Below, piece by piece: positions 27,734-35,647 of a stretch of DNA of 64,000 bases. A program made the translations under genes and the position numbers. Where the stretch lies: contig CAZQLQ010000005.1 of the NCBI GenBank assembly GCA_964594415.1, positions 96 to 64,095 of the forward strand. Reading direction: 5' to 3'. The stretch is from an uncultured Candidatus Saccharibacteria bacterium (GTDB lineage: Bacteria > Patescibacteriota > CPR2 > UBA1875 > CAIMLA01). Numbering within the stretch: position 1 is the first letter of the stretch; each line of letters starts with the position of its first letter. The notes beneath the pieces were generated by a model. The model was not told where the DNA came from. It searched no databases and saw nothing but the letters and a program-made list of their open reading frames with translations.

Positions 27734-27913
27734 CTAAGGGTTTATTTTTAACTTCCCTTGTAGGATTTCAGATAGAAAGTTTTCTATTTCTGTGAGGTGC
27801 TGTTTAAGCTTGCTAATTTTTATTAGCAATTCAATTAATTCTGATGAGCTAACTTGGTCTCTTGAGCCAAGTTTTTGTGCCCATAATCCTAGGGACACTA
27901 CTCTATACTTCAT
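27734..27913 (-). CDS. Small hypothetical protein (59 aa), third gene of a translationally coupled triplet. Not in the ORF track because it is under 60 aa.
   Basis: ATG at 27913 overlaps the TGA stop of the upstream gene (ATGA). Translated by hand: MKYRVVSLGLWAQKLGSRDQVSSSELIELLIKISKLKQHLTEIENFLSEILQGKLKINP. Confidence 0.45.
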   Translation of the reverse strand: MKYRVVSLGLWAQKLGSRDQVSSSELIELLIKISKLKQHLTEIENFLSEILQGKLKINP

Positions 27914-28179
27914 TTTAATCTCCCAATCTTATCTTCTTTGTCGCTGATTTCTGGTGGATCGTATTCATGAAAATGTTCACGTATCAACACCAGCATTTCG
28001 GGTATCTGTTCTTGTAGGAATTTTGTCATAGCAATGGTCTCAGAGATTATTTTGTCTGAAAACTCTTTTTTTGCAGTTTCTGAAAAATTCTCGAAGGCTA
28101 GGACCTTCTCTAAATGATTTTTCATAAGGAGAACGGCCTGTTTATATTCTTTTAAGGGCGTAAAGAACATTATAGTCAC
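27910..28179 (-). CDS. Small hypothetical acidic helical protein (89 aa)
   Basis: ORF with a 4-nt overlap with the upstream gene. Confidence 0.45.
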   Translation of the reverse strand: MTIMFFTPLKEYKQAVLLMKNHLEKVLAFENFSETAKKEFSDKIISETIAMTKFLQEQIPEMLVLIREHFHEYDPPEISDKEDKIGRLK

Positions 28180-28427
28180 CTCCCCCTGCTTGCCTGCGGT
28201 TCCTGCTTAAATGTGTTTGGATTATCTAGCGCTTTTTTGACAATACTTACTGCGATGTGGTTGCTACTTTCCCTTGCTTGAGATAATAGTCTCCCTAGTG
28301 CCTTTTTCTTCTCGTTTAGAGTCATTTTTGAGTTATTCCTAATTGTATTGATTTGATCCTCTAAAGCTTTCCTCGCCTGCTTTTTCAAAGAATCACCCCC
28401 TTTACGAATTATTAATGTGCAAGGCAA
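28176..28427 (-). CDS. Small basic hypothetical protein. The listed start is TTG. The likelier start is TTG at 28388, preceded by SD 'GGGGGTGA'.
   Basis: ORF. The SD and TTG architecture is conserved in the degenerate paralogous copy at 29640-29870. Confidence 0.45.
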   Translation of the reverse strand: MPCTLIIRKGGDSLKKQARKALEDQINTIRNNSKMTLNEKKKALGRLLSQARESSNHIAVSIVKKALDNPNTFKQEPQASRGR

Positions 28428-28500
28428 TATGTATTGAATTATTATAAATGCAATTTGTTTTAAGTAAAGGTGTTTTTTGTGAATTTTATTTGTTAAAATT
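28371..28500. repeat. Copy A of a ~130-bp duplicated segment comprising the gene 5' end, SD and promoter
   Basis: Aligns with 29821-29950: 'gcttgctttttcaaa..cacc.cc.ttacgaattattaatg.gcaa..atatgtatt.aattattataa...'. Confidence 0.7.
28441..28468 (-). promoter_or_regulatory. Putative promoter (TTTACT-N16-TATAAT) of the small-gene operon
   Basis: On the minus strand, -35 is RC of 28463-68 and -10 is RC of 28441-46. The block is duplicated at 29900-29927. Confidence 0.4.
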
Positions 28501-28536
28501 GATTAAACGAGAAATAATAATATCTGTGAGGCGCCT

Positions 28537-29565
28537 ATGGACAAAGTTGAAATCAACAAGTTGCTTGAGAGGTTTTATGAACAGAATCCGGACTTTCTTG
28601 ATTGTAAGGTAGAATTGATAAAAAGTGGTAACAATAGATCGACATATTTACTCGAATCAAAAAGCGGTAAAAAGCTAATACTCAAAAAGTCTCATGCTAA
28701 AAACGATCTTCCCTTTTCGAGTTTAAATGATGTCCGGGTTCAGACTTTTATCAAGTCTTTAGGTTATGATTTTGTGCCCGAAATAATATTCTGTGACAAA
28801 GGAAATGAATATTTCATAGAAGCCTACGTTGGTGAAGAAAATATTAAAGTCAATGATATGAGTGACGAGTTACTCGAGGTTTTTGCCAAACAGTTAGCCG
28901 AGGTTCATAAGCAGACCTTTAGTCAATATCAAGAGTTTTGTAAAAAAAATGATTTTGAGGTTCCTAAGGCTATATTACCGGAAGAAAGTCTGAAGATTTT
29001 TGGTTTTAACAGATTTGAAATTGTTGAAAAACTATGTGAAGACAAGGAGGTCGTTAACTGTCTTAAAGGTCAACTAAATGCAAATCTTGAATTATTAAGA
29101 AAAAATAAGACTTCTGTTGATTCTGCTCACTTATTGTGGGGCATAATCGGTAATGAAATGCGTTTTAGTGGAGATAAAATTTATTTTGTGGGTTGGGAGT
29201 TTTCGAGAGTTGGAAATGGTTCAGAACTTTCTTTCATGAAAATCCATTCCGGTATAAATGAAAACGTTCTCAAAAAAATAATTGCTTTATATTCAAAATA
29301 TAGCGGGAAAACAGAAGAAGAGTTATATGAAGAAATTAAAATTGAAGAGAAAATTACAAGAGTAAATGATGCTATCTGGGCTACGATGAAATGGTGTGAA
29401 TCGGAAACAGAAGAAGACAAGGAGAAATATAAAGAACTGACTTTTGAACGTTTAAATCTTACTAAATTCGTATTATTTTCATTACCATTTTGGTTTTCAT
29501 TTTTAAACCTCCAATCAGGTTCTGATTTACTTTCGGTAATCGCTTTATTGTTTGCAACTTTGTGA
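28537..29565 (+). CDS. APH/choline-kinase-fold phosphotransferase-like protein with substituted catalytic residues (putative pseudokinase) and a C-terminal membrane anchor
   Basis: Gly-rich region 'KSGNNRSTYLL', 'LILKK', hinge 'FIEAYVGEE'. The catalytic-loop-like 'LLWGIIGNEMRF' has no His or Asp. The Mg-site-like 'VGWEFSRVGNG' replaces the 'IDWE' Asp with Gly. The hydrophobic C-terminus is 'FVLFSLPFWFSFLNL...VIALLFATL'. Confidence 0.45.
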   Translation: MDKVEINKLLERFYEQNPDFLDCKVELIKSGNNRSTYLLESKSGKKLILKKSHAKNDLPFSSLNDVRVQTFIKSLGYDFVPEIIFCDKGNEYFIEAYVGEENIKVNDMSDELLEVFAKQLAEVHKQTFSQYQEFCKKNDFEVPKAILPEESLKIFGFNRFEIVEKLCEDKEVVNCLKGQLNANLELLRKNKTSVDSAHLLWGIIGNEMRFSGDKIYFVGWEFSRVGNGSELSFMKIHSGINENVLKKIIALYSKYSGKTEEELYEEIKIEEKITRVNDAIWATMKWCESETEEDKEKYKELTFERLNLTKFVLFSLPFWFSFLNLQSGSDLLSVIALLFATL

Positions 29566-29639
29566 ATTAAGGATTGTTTCAAGGTCGATTCCGATTTGTT
29601 TGATTTCTAAATAAAATTCTGTTGATATGTTTGACATTA

Positions 29640-29870
29640 ATCCCCCTATTCTTTATGCCTGTGCTCTAAATGCATTGGGATTATTGATAGCATTTTGAAT
29701 TAATCCAATTGCGATATGGTCACCATCCCTTTTTGCCTCGACCAACAACTTTTTTTAGTCTCTTCTTCCTTTAATTAAAGGTAATGTTCGTATCGTCCCC
29801 AATCTTCTTTATTTTACTTATTAAGGCTTCACGGGCTTGCTTTTTCAAAAAAACCACCTCCCTTACGAAT
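29640..29870 (-). pseudogene. Frameshifted, truncated paralogue of the 28176..28427 small gene
   Basis: The reverse complement encodes 'MKKQAREALISKIKKIGDDTNITFN*' and then, out of frame, '..LLVEAKRDGDHIAIGLIQNAINNPNAFRAQA*'. This parallels 'KKQARKALEDQIN...LLSQARESSNHIAVSIVKKALDNPNTFKQ'. Confidence 0.6.
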
Positions 29871-29950
29871 TATTAATGAGCAACAATATGTATTAAATTA
29901 TTATAATTTCTATTTCTTTCATGTAAGGGTATTTATTAAAATTTTTCTTG
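29821..29950. repeat. Copy B of the ~130-bp duplicated promoter/5' segment, a direct repeat of 28371-28500
   Basis: See copy A. It retains the SD 'gggaggtgg', the TTG, and the -10 TATAAT. Confidence 0.7.
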
Positions 29951-30004
29951 TTTTAATTTTCTACTGTTTTATAATTTAACAAATGTAATAACGAGAAGGA
30001 TAAA

Positions 30005-30196
30005 ATGGAATTTTTTACGGACAATACTCAAATAATTGTTACAGTTGTATTATTATTTGCAATTATATTTTCAGGGGTTTTAAATCAATTTTTAGTTAAA
30101 CATACAAGTAAGGCAATCTACAGCTTTTTAAGATTAGCCACAATTATTGTTACAGTTATTTGTATTTTATATAACATCTTTTTCTTATTTTCTTGA
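30005..30196 (+). CDS. Small two-TM membrane protein (63 aa)
   Basis: ORF with two hydrophobic helices. A terminator follows immediately. Confidence 0.4.
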   Translation: MEFFTDNTQIIVTVVLLFAIIFSGVLNQFLVKHTSKAIYSFLRLATIIVTVICILYNIFFLFS

Positions 30197-30240
30197 TTCA
30201 ATATTCTTAAGCGCTAATAATTTGTTTTAAAACAAAAAAT

Positions 30241-30271
30241 AAGTCACCTAATAAATAAGTGACTTATTTTT
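30241..30271 (+). terminator. Intrinsic terminator
   Basis: aagtcac-ctaataaataa-gtgactt hairpin followed by 'attttt'. Confidence 0.6.
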
Positions 30272-30291
30272 GGCTGGGGAGGAGGGATTCG
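30271..30291 (-). repeat. 21-nt direct repeat of the tRNA-Gln 3' end; att-site-like scar
   Basis: 'tggctggggaggagggattcg' is identical to 30455-30475. Even the preceding T-run is similar. Confidence 0.7.
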
Positions 30292-30454
30292 CAGCAGAGC
30301 TGCTTCTCACCGCTATCATGACTACTATCTTGTTATTGTTTAATAAGATTTTCGACAAATTGTGCTTCTAGCTATAAACAAAGTTTTGTTCATGTCGGTG
30401 GTCTCACCTGCCTCACAACAGAAAAAAGCCTCCCACGAATGAGAAGCTTTTTTC

Positions 30455-30529
30455 TGGCTGGGGAGGAGGGATTCGAACCCCCGAATGCCGGGACCAAAAC
30501 CCGGTGCCTTACCACTTGGCGACTCCCCA
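30455..30529 (-). tRNA. tRNA-Gln (anticodon UUG)
   Basis: RC reads TGGGGAG-TC-GCCA-AGTGGTAA-GGCA-C-CGGGT-TTTTGGT-CCCGG-CATTC-GGGGG-TTCGAAT-CCCTC-CTCCCCA-G-CCA. It has U1:A72, a 7-bp acceptor stem, anticodon loop UUUUGGU, a TPsiC loop TTCGAAT, and an encoded CCA. Confidence 0.85.
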
Positions 30530-30570
30530 ATATTTTGTTTGCAACGAATAATATTTTATCTTAAATCGGC

Positions 30571-31518
30571 TTATTTTTCAATAGATTCGAGCTGTTTAAG
30601 GATATTCTGGATATCTTCATATGTATTTACTAAAACAGCTTGTTTACGTAATTCATGTGCACCGGGGAATCCTTTTATATACCATCCGAGGTGTTTACGC
30701 ATCTCTCTAATCCCCTTTTCCTCTCCTACAAATTCCATATTTCTTTTTGTTTGAAGCTCAATTATGCTAATTAAATCTTCTAAACTTCTTGAGTACTTTT
30801 TTTGTTCATTAATCTCTTTAAACAACCATGGATTTCCTAAACATCCCCTAGCTATCATTACTCCCGATACACTCTTGTTCATTCTTTTTTCTGCTTCTTG
30901 TAGGGAAAATATATCACCGTTTCCTATTACTGGAATTGTTAAGCTATTTGCAATCTCATAAATTGGATCCCAATTTGCTTCTCCTGAGTAGGCTTGTTTT
31001 GCAGTTCTGCCGTGAATAGATATCGAGTCAATTCCGATTTCTTCAAGCTTTTTTGTGAATTCAAAAATATTATATTCGCTCCAGCCAAGACGTAATTTAA
31101 CTGATAATTGGCCATTGAACTCTTTTCTTACAACTTTTAGCAATTCTAGCGCTTTGTCTAGGTCTTTAAGTAAAGCCGATCCGCATTCGTTACCAGTAAT
31201 TTTAGGTGCAGGGCAACCTAAGTTAATATCAATTCCGGCAGGCTTAATTCTATCATTTACAATATTCGCAGCCCTGGCTATAAGTTCTCCGCTATAACCA
31301 AAAATCTGGACAATTACCGGTTGTTCTTCAGGCAAGAACTTAACTATTTCTAAAGTTTCTTCAGGGTTATAAATTACCGCGTTTGAGGAAATCATTGGCG
31401 TAAAGACAATGTCTGCACCCATTTCTTTGCAAATAGAACGAAATGGCAAGGTGGTTATATTTGCCATCGGGGCCAAAATTATGGCTGGTTTTTTTATTTT
31501 AGACCATTTGAAGCTCAT
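30571..31518 (-). CDS. dus: tRNA-dihydrouridine synthase
   Basis: 'IILAPMANITTLPFRSICKEMGADIVFTPMISSNAV' and the FMN-binding TIM-barrel Dus family. Confidence 0.8.
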   Translation of the reverse strand: MSFKWSKIKKPAIILAPMANITTLPFRSICKEMGADIVFTPMISSNAVIYNPEETLEIVKFLPEEQPVIVQIFGYSGELIARAANIVNDRIKPAGIDINLGCPAPKITGNECGSALLKDLDKALELLKVVRKEFNGQLSVKLRLGWSEYNIFEFTKKLEEIGIDSISIHGRTAKQAYSGEANWDPIYEIANSLTIPVIGNGDIFSLQEAEKRMNKSVSGVMIARGCLGNPWLFKEINEQKKYSRSLEDLISIIELQTKRNMEFVGEEKGIREMRKHLGWYIKGFPGAHELRKQAVLVNTYEDIQNILKQLESIEK

Positions 31519-31519
31519 T

Positions 31520-32911
31520 TTATTTCTTGCGTAATCTTGAAGATCCTTCGTAATCTTCCGCGATCCAGCCTAACTGAGAAATTTCTGCCCTCAATTTATC
31601 AGACGTTTCGTAGACTTTGTTTTTCTTGGCATCGATATATTTATCAAATAATTTATTTACTTCTTCGCTTGGCTTAATTTCTAGGCTTAGGTCTAGCCCT
31701 AAAACCTTGTCTAGGCCAAAGAGGAGATCTAAAATCTGTTCTGAATCATTTCTTGAGATCCCCTGAGCTAATAGCTTGTTCACTTCGCTTCTAAGATTAA
31801 ATATAGTAGAAAGCGCTTTTGGCATACCCAAGTCGTCATTTAAAGCTTCTTCAAACCCTTTTTTTGCGTCTTCAACCAATTTATTTATTTCAATATTATT
31901 TTGTATTTTTTCGTTTGCACCTTCTCTTAATTTAGCTACGAAATCTCTTAGGCCGTTAAGGGTATTTTGAGCTTGTTCTATCGAGTCCTTCGTAAAGTTT
32001 AGCCTTTCCCTATAATGTGACATAAGACAAAGCATTCTAAATGCGAGTGGCTCTATGTTAAATTTGTCTTTTAAATCTACAATAGTGTAAAAATTTCCAA
32101 GCGATTTTGACATTTTATCGCCTTCAACTAGAAGATGTTCACCATGGAACCAATAATTCACAAAATTTTTACCAGTATAAGCTTCGGATTGAGCAATTTC
32201 GTTTTCATGGTGCGGAAACAAGAGATCAATTCCACCAGCATGAATGTCTAAAGTTTCTCCGAGGTATTTCATGCTCATAGCTGAACATTCTATATGCCAA
32301 CCAGGACGACCTTTTCCGAAAGGGGTGTCCCACGAGGGCTCCCCAGGTTTTGAAGCCTTCCAAAGTGCAAAATCTTGCGCATTTTCTTTATCATATTCGT
32401 CTTGCGCAATTCTGCTTTCCGTATTTTCGCTTGAAACTATTGCGTCTGATAATTTTCCATAGTTTTTAAATTTTGCTACTGAAAAATAGATCGAGCCGTC
32501 TTCGGATTTATAAGCTATCTCTTTTTCTAGTAGTTTCTCAATTATCCTTATCATCCAGTCAATTTCCTCGGTCGCTCTTGGCATAATTTCCGGAGTTTCT
32601 ATGTTTAGTAGCTCTATATGTTCAAGAAAGATTTTCTCATATTTTTCGGTAATTTCATGGTAATCGACATCTCGTGCTATAGAATCACGAATAATCTTGT
32701 CATCAATGTCGGTTATATTCATTACCATATTCATTTCATAACCGAGGTATTTAAGCCAACGCCTAAGGAAATCAACGTTTAAATAAGTCCTAAGATTACC
32801 AATATGTGCATAATTGTAAACCGTGGGGCCGCAAGAATATAATTTTACCTTGCCTTCTTCAATTGTTTCAAATTCTTCTTTTTGTTTTGTAAGAGAGTTG
32901 TAAATCTTCAT
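31520..32911 (-). CDS. cysS: Cysteinyl-tRNA synthetase
   Basis: 'YSCGPTVYNYAHIGNLRTY' (HIGH) and 'KMSKSLGN'. Confidence 0.9.
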   Translation of the reverse strand: MKIYNSLTKQKEEFETIEEGKVKLYSCGPTVYNYAHIGNLRTYLNVDFLRRWLKYLGYEMNMVMNITDIDDKIIRDSIARDVDYHEITEKYEKIFLEHIELLNIETPEIMPRATEEIDWMIRIIEKLLEKEIAYKSEDGSIYFSVAKFKNYGKLSDAIVSSENTESRIAQDEYDKENAQDFALWKASKPGEPSWDTPFGKGRPGWHIECSAMSMKYLGETLDIHAGGIDLLFPHHENEIAQSEAYTGKNFVNYWFHGEHLLVEGDKMSKSLGNFYTIVDLKDKFNIEPLAFRMLCLMSHYRERLNFTKDSIEQAQNTLNGLRDFVAKLREGANEKIQNNIEINKLVEDAKKGFEEALNDDLGMPKALSTIFNLRSEVNKLLAQGISRNDSEQILDLLFGLDKVLGLDLSLEIKPSEEVNKLFDKYIDAKKNKVYETSDKLRAEISQLGWIAEDYEGSSRLRKK

Positions 32912-34656
32912 TTCAAATATTCTCCTGATTGTATTTTGAATAATTTAGAGTAAATTCCCTGCTTTTTGATTAACTCTTTATGACTTCCCATTTCGGCTAT
33001 TTTACCTTTATCCAGCACAACTATCAAGTCTGCTCGCATAACTGTAGAAAGTCGGTGTGCAATTATAATTGTAGTTCTGCCTTTTATGAGTTTCCATAAT
33101 GCGTCCTGAATTAGCTTTTCGCTTTCCGAGTCAAGACTTGAAGTTGCCTCGTCAAGTACTAATACAGGTGGGTTTTTGAGTATAGCTCTTGCAATATTGA
33201 TTCTTTGTCTTTCCCCTCCCGAAAGCTTTACTCCTCTTTCTCCAATAATTGTATTATATCCTTTAGGTAATCTTGATATAAACTGATCGGCATTTGCTAT
33301 TTTTGCCGCCTCTAGGACTTCTTTATTTGTTGCATTTGGCTTTCCAAAGCGTATGTTCATATTAACCGTATCATTAAACAATTGCGATTCTTGTATAACG
33401 ACTGCGATATTATTTCTTAATGATTCTTGGGTAATGTTTTTGATATTTACATTATCAAGAAGTATTTCACCCTTCTGGGGATCGTAAAACCTGAGTAGTA
33501 ATTTTGCGATAGTCGATTTGCCCGTACCACTTTTACCGATAATAGCTACCGTCTGCCCATTTTTTATCCTTAGATTAAAATTATGAATAACTTTTTCATC
33601 TTTGTAGGCAAAGCTAATATTTCTAAATTCAATTCCACCACTAGCAACTTTTATTTTTTTTGCATTTTCTACATCGGTAATCTCTGGTTTCTGATTAAGG
33701 AAATCTGATAAAAGTTCTATGCTTATAATGTCTCTTTGTGCGTTGTCATATATATCAGCAATATAGTTTATTGGGCTAAATGCTCTCCAAGAAAATGAAT
33801 TAGCCATTATCAGGGTGCCTAATGACATTTTTCCAGTAATTGTCCAGTAAGCTCCTATTGCCATAATTGAAGTAGTAGCGATGTCAAATAAATTGCCTTG
33901 TAAAAATCTCATTTTTACTCTTATTTTGGTGCGCTCCATAGTCTTTATAAGAATATTATCAAGAATCCTTGTAAACTTATTCAGCTGTCTTTCTTCGGCA
34001 CTAAATGACTTGATTGTTTGAACGCCAACAATTGATTCTATTATTTTGCCTCCGGCCCTTTCTTCTAATTTCCTGATTATTTTCTGCTTAGCATTTAAAG
34101 ATTTTCTGTATCTAGATACAGCGACAATGTAGAGGGCCACGCAAGTGATAGTGATTAATCCGAAAACAATGTGAATCCTAAATAAAAAATAGACAGCGAC
34201 TAAAACAAACAAGATTTGCGGTACAACTTCAACTACAAGATTATTAATAACATTTAGAGTGTCATTTACTCCCTTATCAACCCTTTCTTTGATTTTGCCA
34301 GTAGAATTTGACTCAAAGAAGCTTAGGGAGAGTTCGTTTAGATGGCCGAATGACTGAACTGACATTTTATTTCGAGAAGATGTCCACCATTTTTGTGATA
34401 TATACCTTTTGATTAAGTTGAATATTGTTTCAAAAAAAATGATAATTGAGTAAAAGATAACTAACCGTATGAAATTGGTATCTTTTATAGTATAGTTGTT
34501 TGTTCTGACTTGATTCTCTACAATATCAAAAATCTGTTTTTGTATTAGGGGCAAGGTTGTTGATAGTCCTACTCCAATTAGTGAAATGACTAGAATCAAT
34601 GCCAGAAGTTTTCTGTCAATTTTTGCAAAGCTAATTGATTTTAAAAAGCTTAACAT
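32908..34656 (-). CDS. ABC exporter, fused permease and ATPase (MsbA-like)
   Basis: Six-TM N-terminal domain; Walker A 'GKSGTGKST', 'LSGGERQR' signature, and Walker B 'VLVLDEATS'. Confidence 0.85.
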   Translation of the reverse strand: MLSFLKSISFAKIDRKLLALILVISLIGVGLSTTLPLIQKQIFDIVENQVRTNNYTIKDTNFIRLVIFYSIIIFFETIFNLIKRYISQKWWTSSRNKMSVQSFGHLNELSLSFFESNSTGKIKERVDKGVNDTLNVINNLVVEVVPQILFVLVAVYFLFRIHIVFGLITITCVALYIVAVSRYRKSLNAKQKIIRKLEERAGGKIIESIVGVQTIKSFSAEERQLNKFTRILDNILIKTMERTKIRVKMRFLQGNLFDIATTSIMAIGAYWTITGKMSLGTLIMANSFSWRAFSPINYIADIYDNAQRDIISIELLSDFLNQKPEITDVENAKKIKVASGGIEFRNISFAYKDEKVIHNFNLRIKNGQTVAIIGKSGTGKSTIAKLLLRFYDPQKGEILLDNVNIKNITQESLRNNIAVVIQESQLFNDTVNMNIRFGKPNATNKEVLEAAKIANADQFISRLPKGYNTIIGERGVKLSGGERQRINIARAILKNPPVLVLDEATSSLDSESEKLIQDALWKLIKGRTTIIIAHRLSTVMRADLIVVLDKGKIAEMGSHKELIKKQGIYSKLFKIQSGEYLK

Positions 34657-34658
34657 CT

Positions 34659-35258
34659 CTAGTATTCCCTTCTGCCTTCAAGCGCTCTTGTTAGAGTTAT
34701 TTCATCGGCGTATTCAAGGTCGCCGCCGACGGGTAATCCTCGGGCGATTCTGGTAATCTTAATATCTAAATCTTTAAGTTGATTTTGGATATATAGCGCA
34801 GTGGTTTCGCCTTCTAGATTTGGATTTGTTGCGAGAATTATTTCTTTTACTTCGCCACTATTGGCTCTGATAATCAATTCTTTAATAAATAAATCATCTG
34901 GTCCTATGCCTTCAACTGGTGATATTGCGCCTCCGAGCACATGGTAAAGCCCTTTAAATTGTCCTGTTTTTTCTATTGCCACGGCATCTAGTGGTTCTGC
35001 CACAACACAGATTAGTGAGCTGTCCCTATACCCGTCAGAACAAATAGGACAAACTTCTCCTTCGGAAAAATTACAACAGATTGAGCAAATACTGATATCT
35101 TTTTTTAAATCAATTGCCGCATTTCCTAGCGAAATAGAGGCTTGTTCTGGTCTTCTCAGCAAATAAAAAGTCAACCTCTGGGCTGTTTTCGGTCCTATTC
35201 CTGGAAGCTTTGAGAACTCTTCTATTAAATTTTGAATATTTTTTGGGATGATGTTCAT
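34659..35258 (-). CDS. recR: Recombination protein RecR
   Basis: 'LIEEFSKLPGIGPKTAQRLTFYLL' HhH, a C4 zinc finger, and a Toprim domain. Confidence 0.85.
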   Translation of the reverse strand: MNIIPKNIQNLIEEFSKLPGIGPKTAQRLTFYLLRRPEQASISLGNAAIDLKKDISICSICCNFSEGEVCPICSDGYRDSSLICVVAEPLDAVAIEKTGQFKGLYHVLGGAISPVEGIGPDDLFIKELIIRANSGEVKEIILATNPNLEGETTALYIQNQLKDLDIKITRIARGLPVGGDLEYADEITLTRALEGRREY

Positions 35259-35273
35259 GGTTTTCCCAATAAA

Positions 35274-35303
35274 ATCAACCTTTAAGTCACCCCAAAGGTT
35301 GAT
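35274..35303 (-). terminator. Terminator-like hairpin between ybaB and recR
   Basis: atcaaccttt-aagtcacccc-aaaggttgat hairpin followed by a T-rich stretch on the minus strand. Confidence 0.45.
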
Positions 35304-35321
35304 TTTTGTTATTCAGCAAAA

Positions 35322-35621
35322 TTACATTCCCGGAAAGCCGTCAAATCCGCCGACTTCTTTCATCAAGTTTGCAGCATAATCTTGAGACTTCTTAATACCG
35401 CTTTCTAGGGCAGTTTTGATATCTTTTTCGAGTACTTCAAGCTTTCCGGGATCAAAGTCATCCTTGTTTATTGATACTTTTTGTATTTTTTGTTCGCCGT
35501 TTATAACAATTGTTACAGCACCAGATTCGACTGTAATTATCTCGTCTTTTAGTTTTTTCTGAATTTCTCGCGCTTTCTTGACGAGCTCAAATTGTTCTTT
35601 CGCTTTTCCAAACATTGCCAT
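35322..35621 (-). CDS. ybaB: Nucleoid-associated protein YbaB/EbfC
   Basis: 'MFGKAKEQFELVKKAREIQKKL...' typical of the family; 99 aa. Confidence 0.8.
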   Translation of the reverse strand: MAMFGKAKEQFELVKKAREIQKKLKDEIITVESGAVTIVINGEQKIQKVSINKDDFDPGKLEVLEKDIKTALESGIKKSQDYAANLMKEVGGFDGFPGM

Positions 35622-35647
35622 GATTTGCCTTTCAAAATTATTTTTAC

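Noticed and set aside
30271-30291. A second tRNA gene at the partial tRNA copy
   Set aside because: Only the 3'-terminal 21 nt of the cloverleaf are present, and the adjoining sequence cannot form D or anticodon arms.
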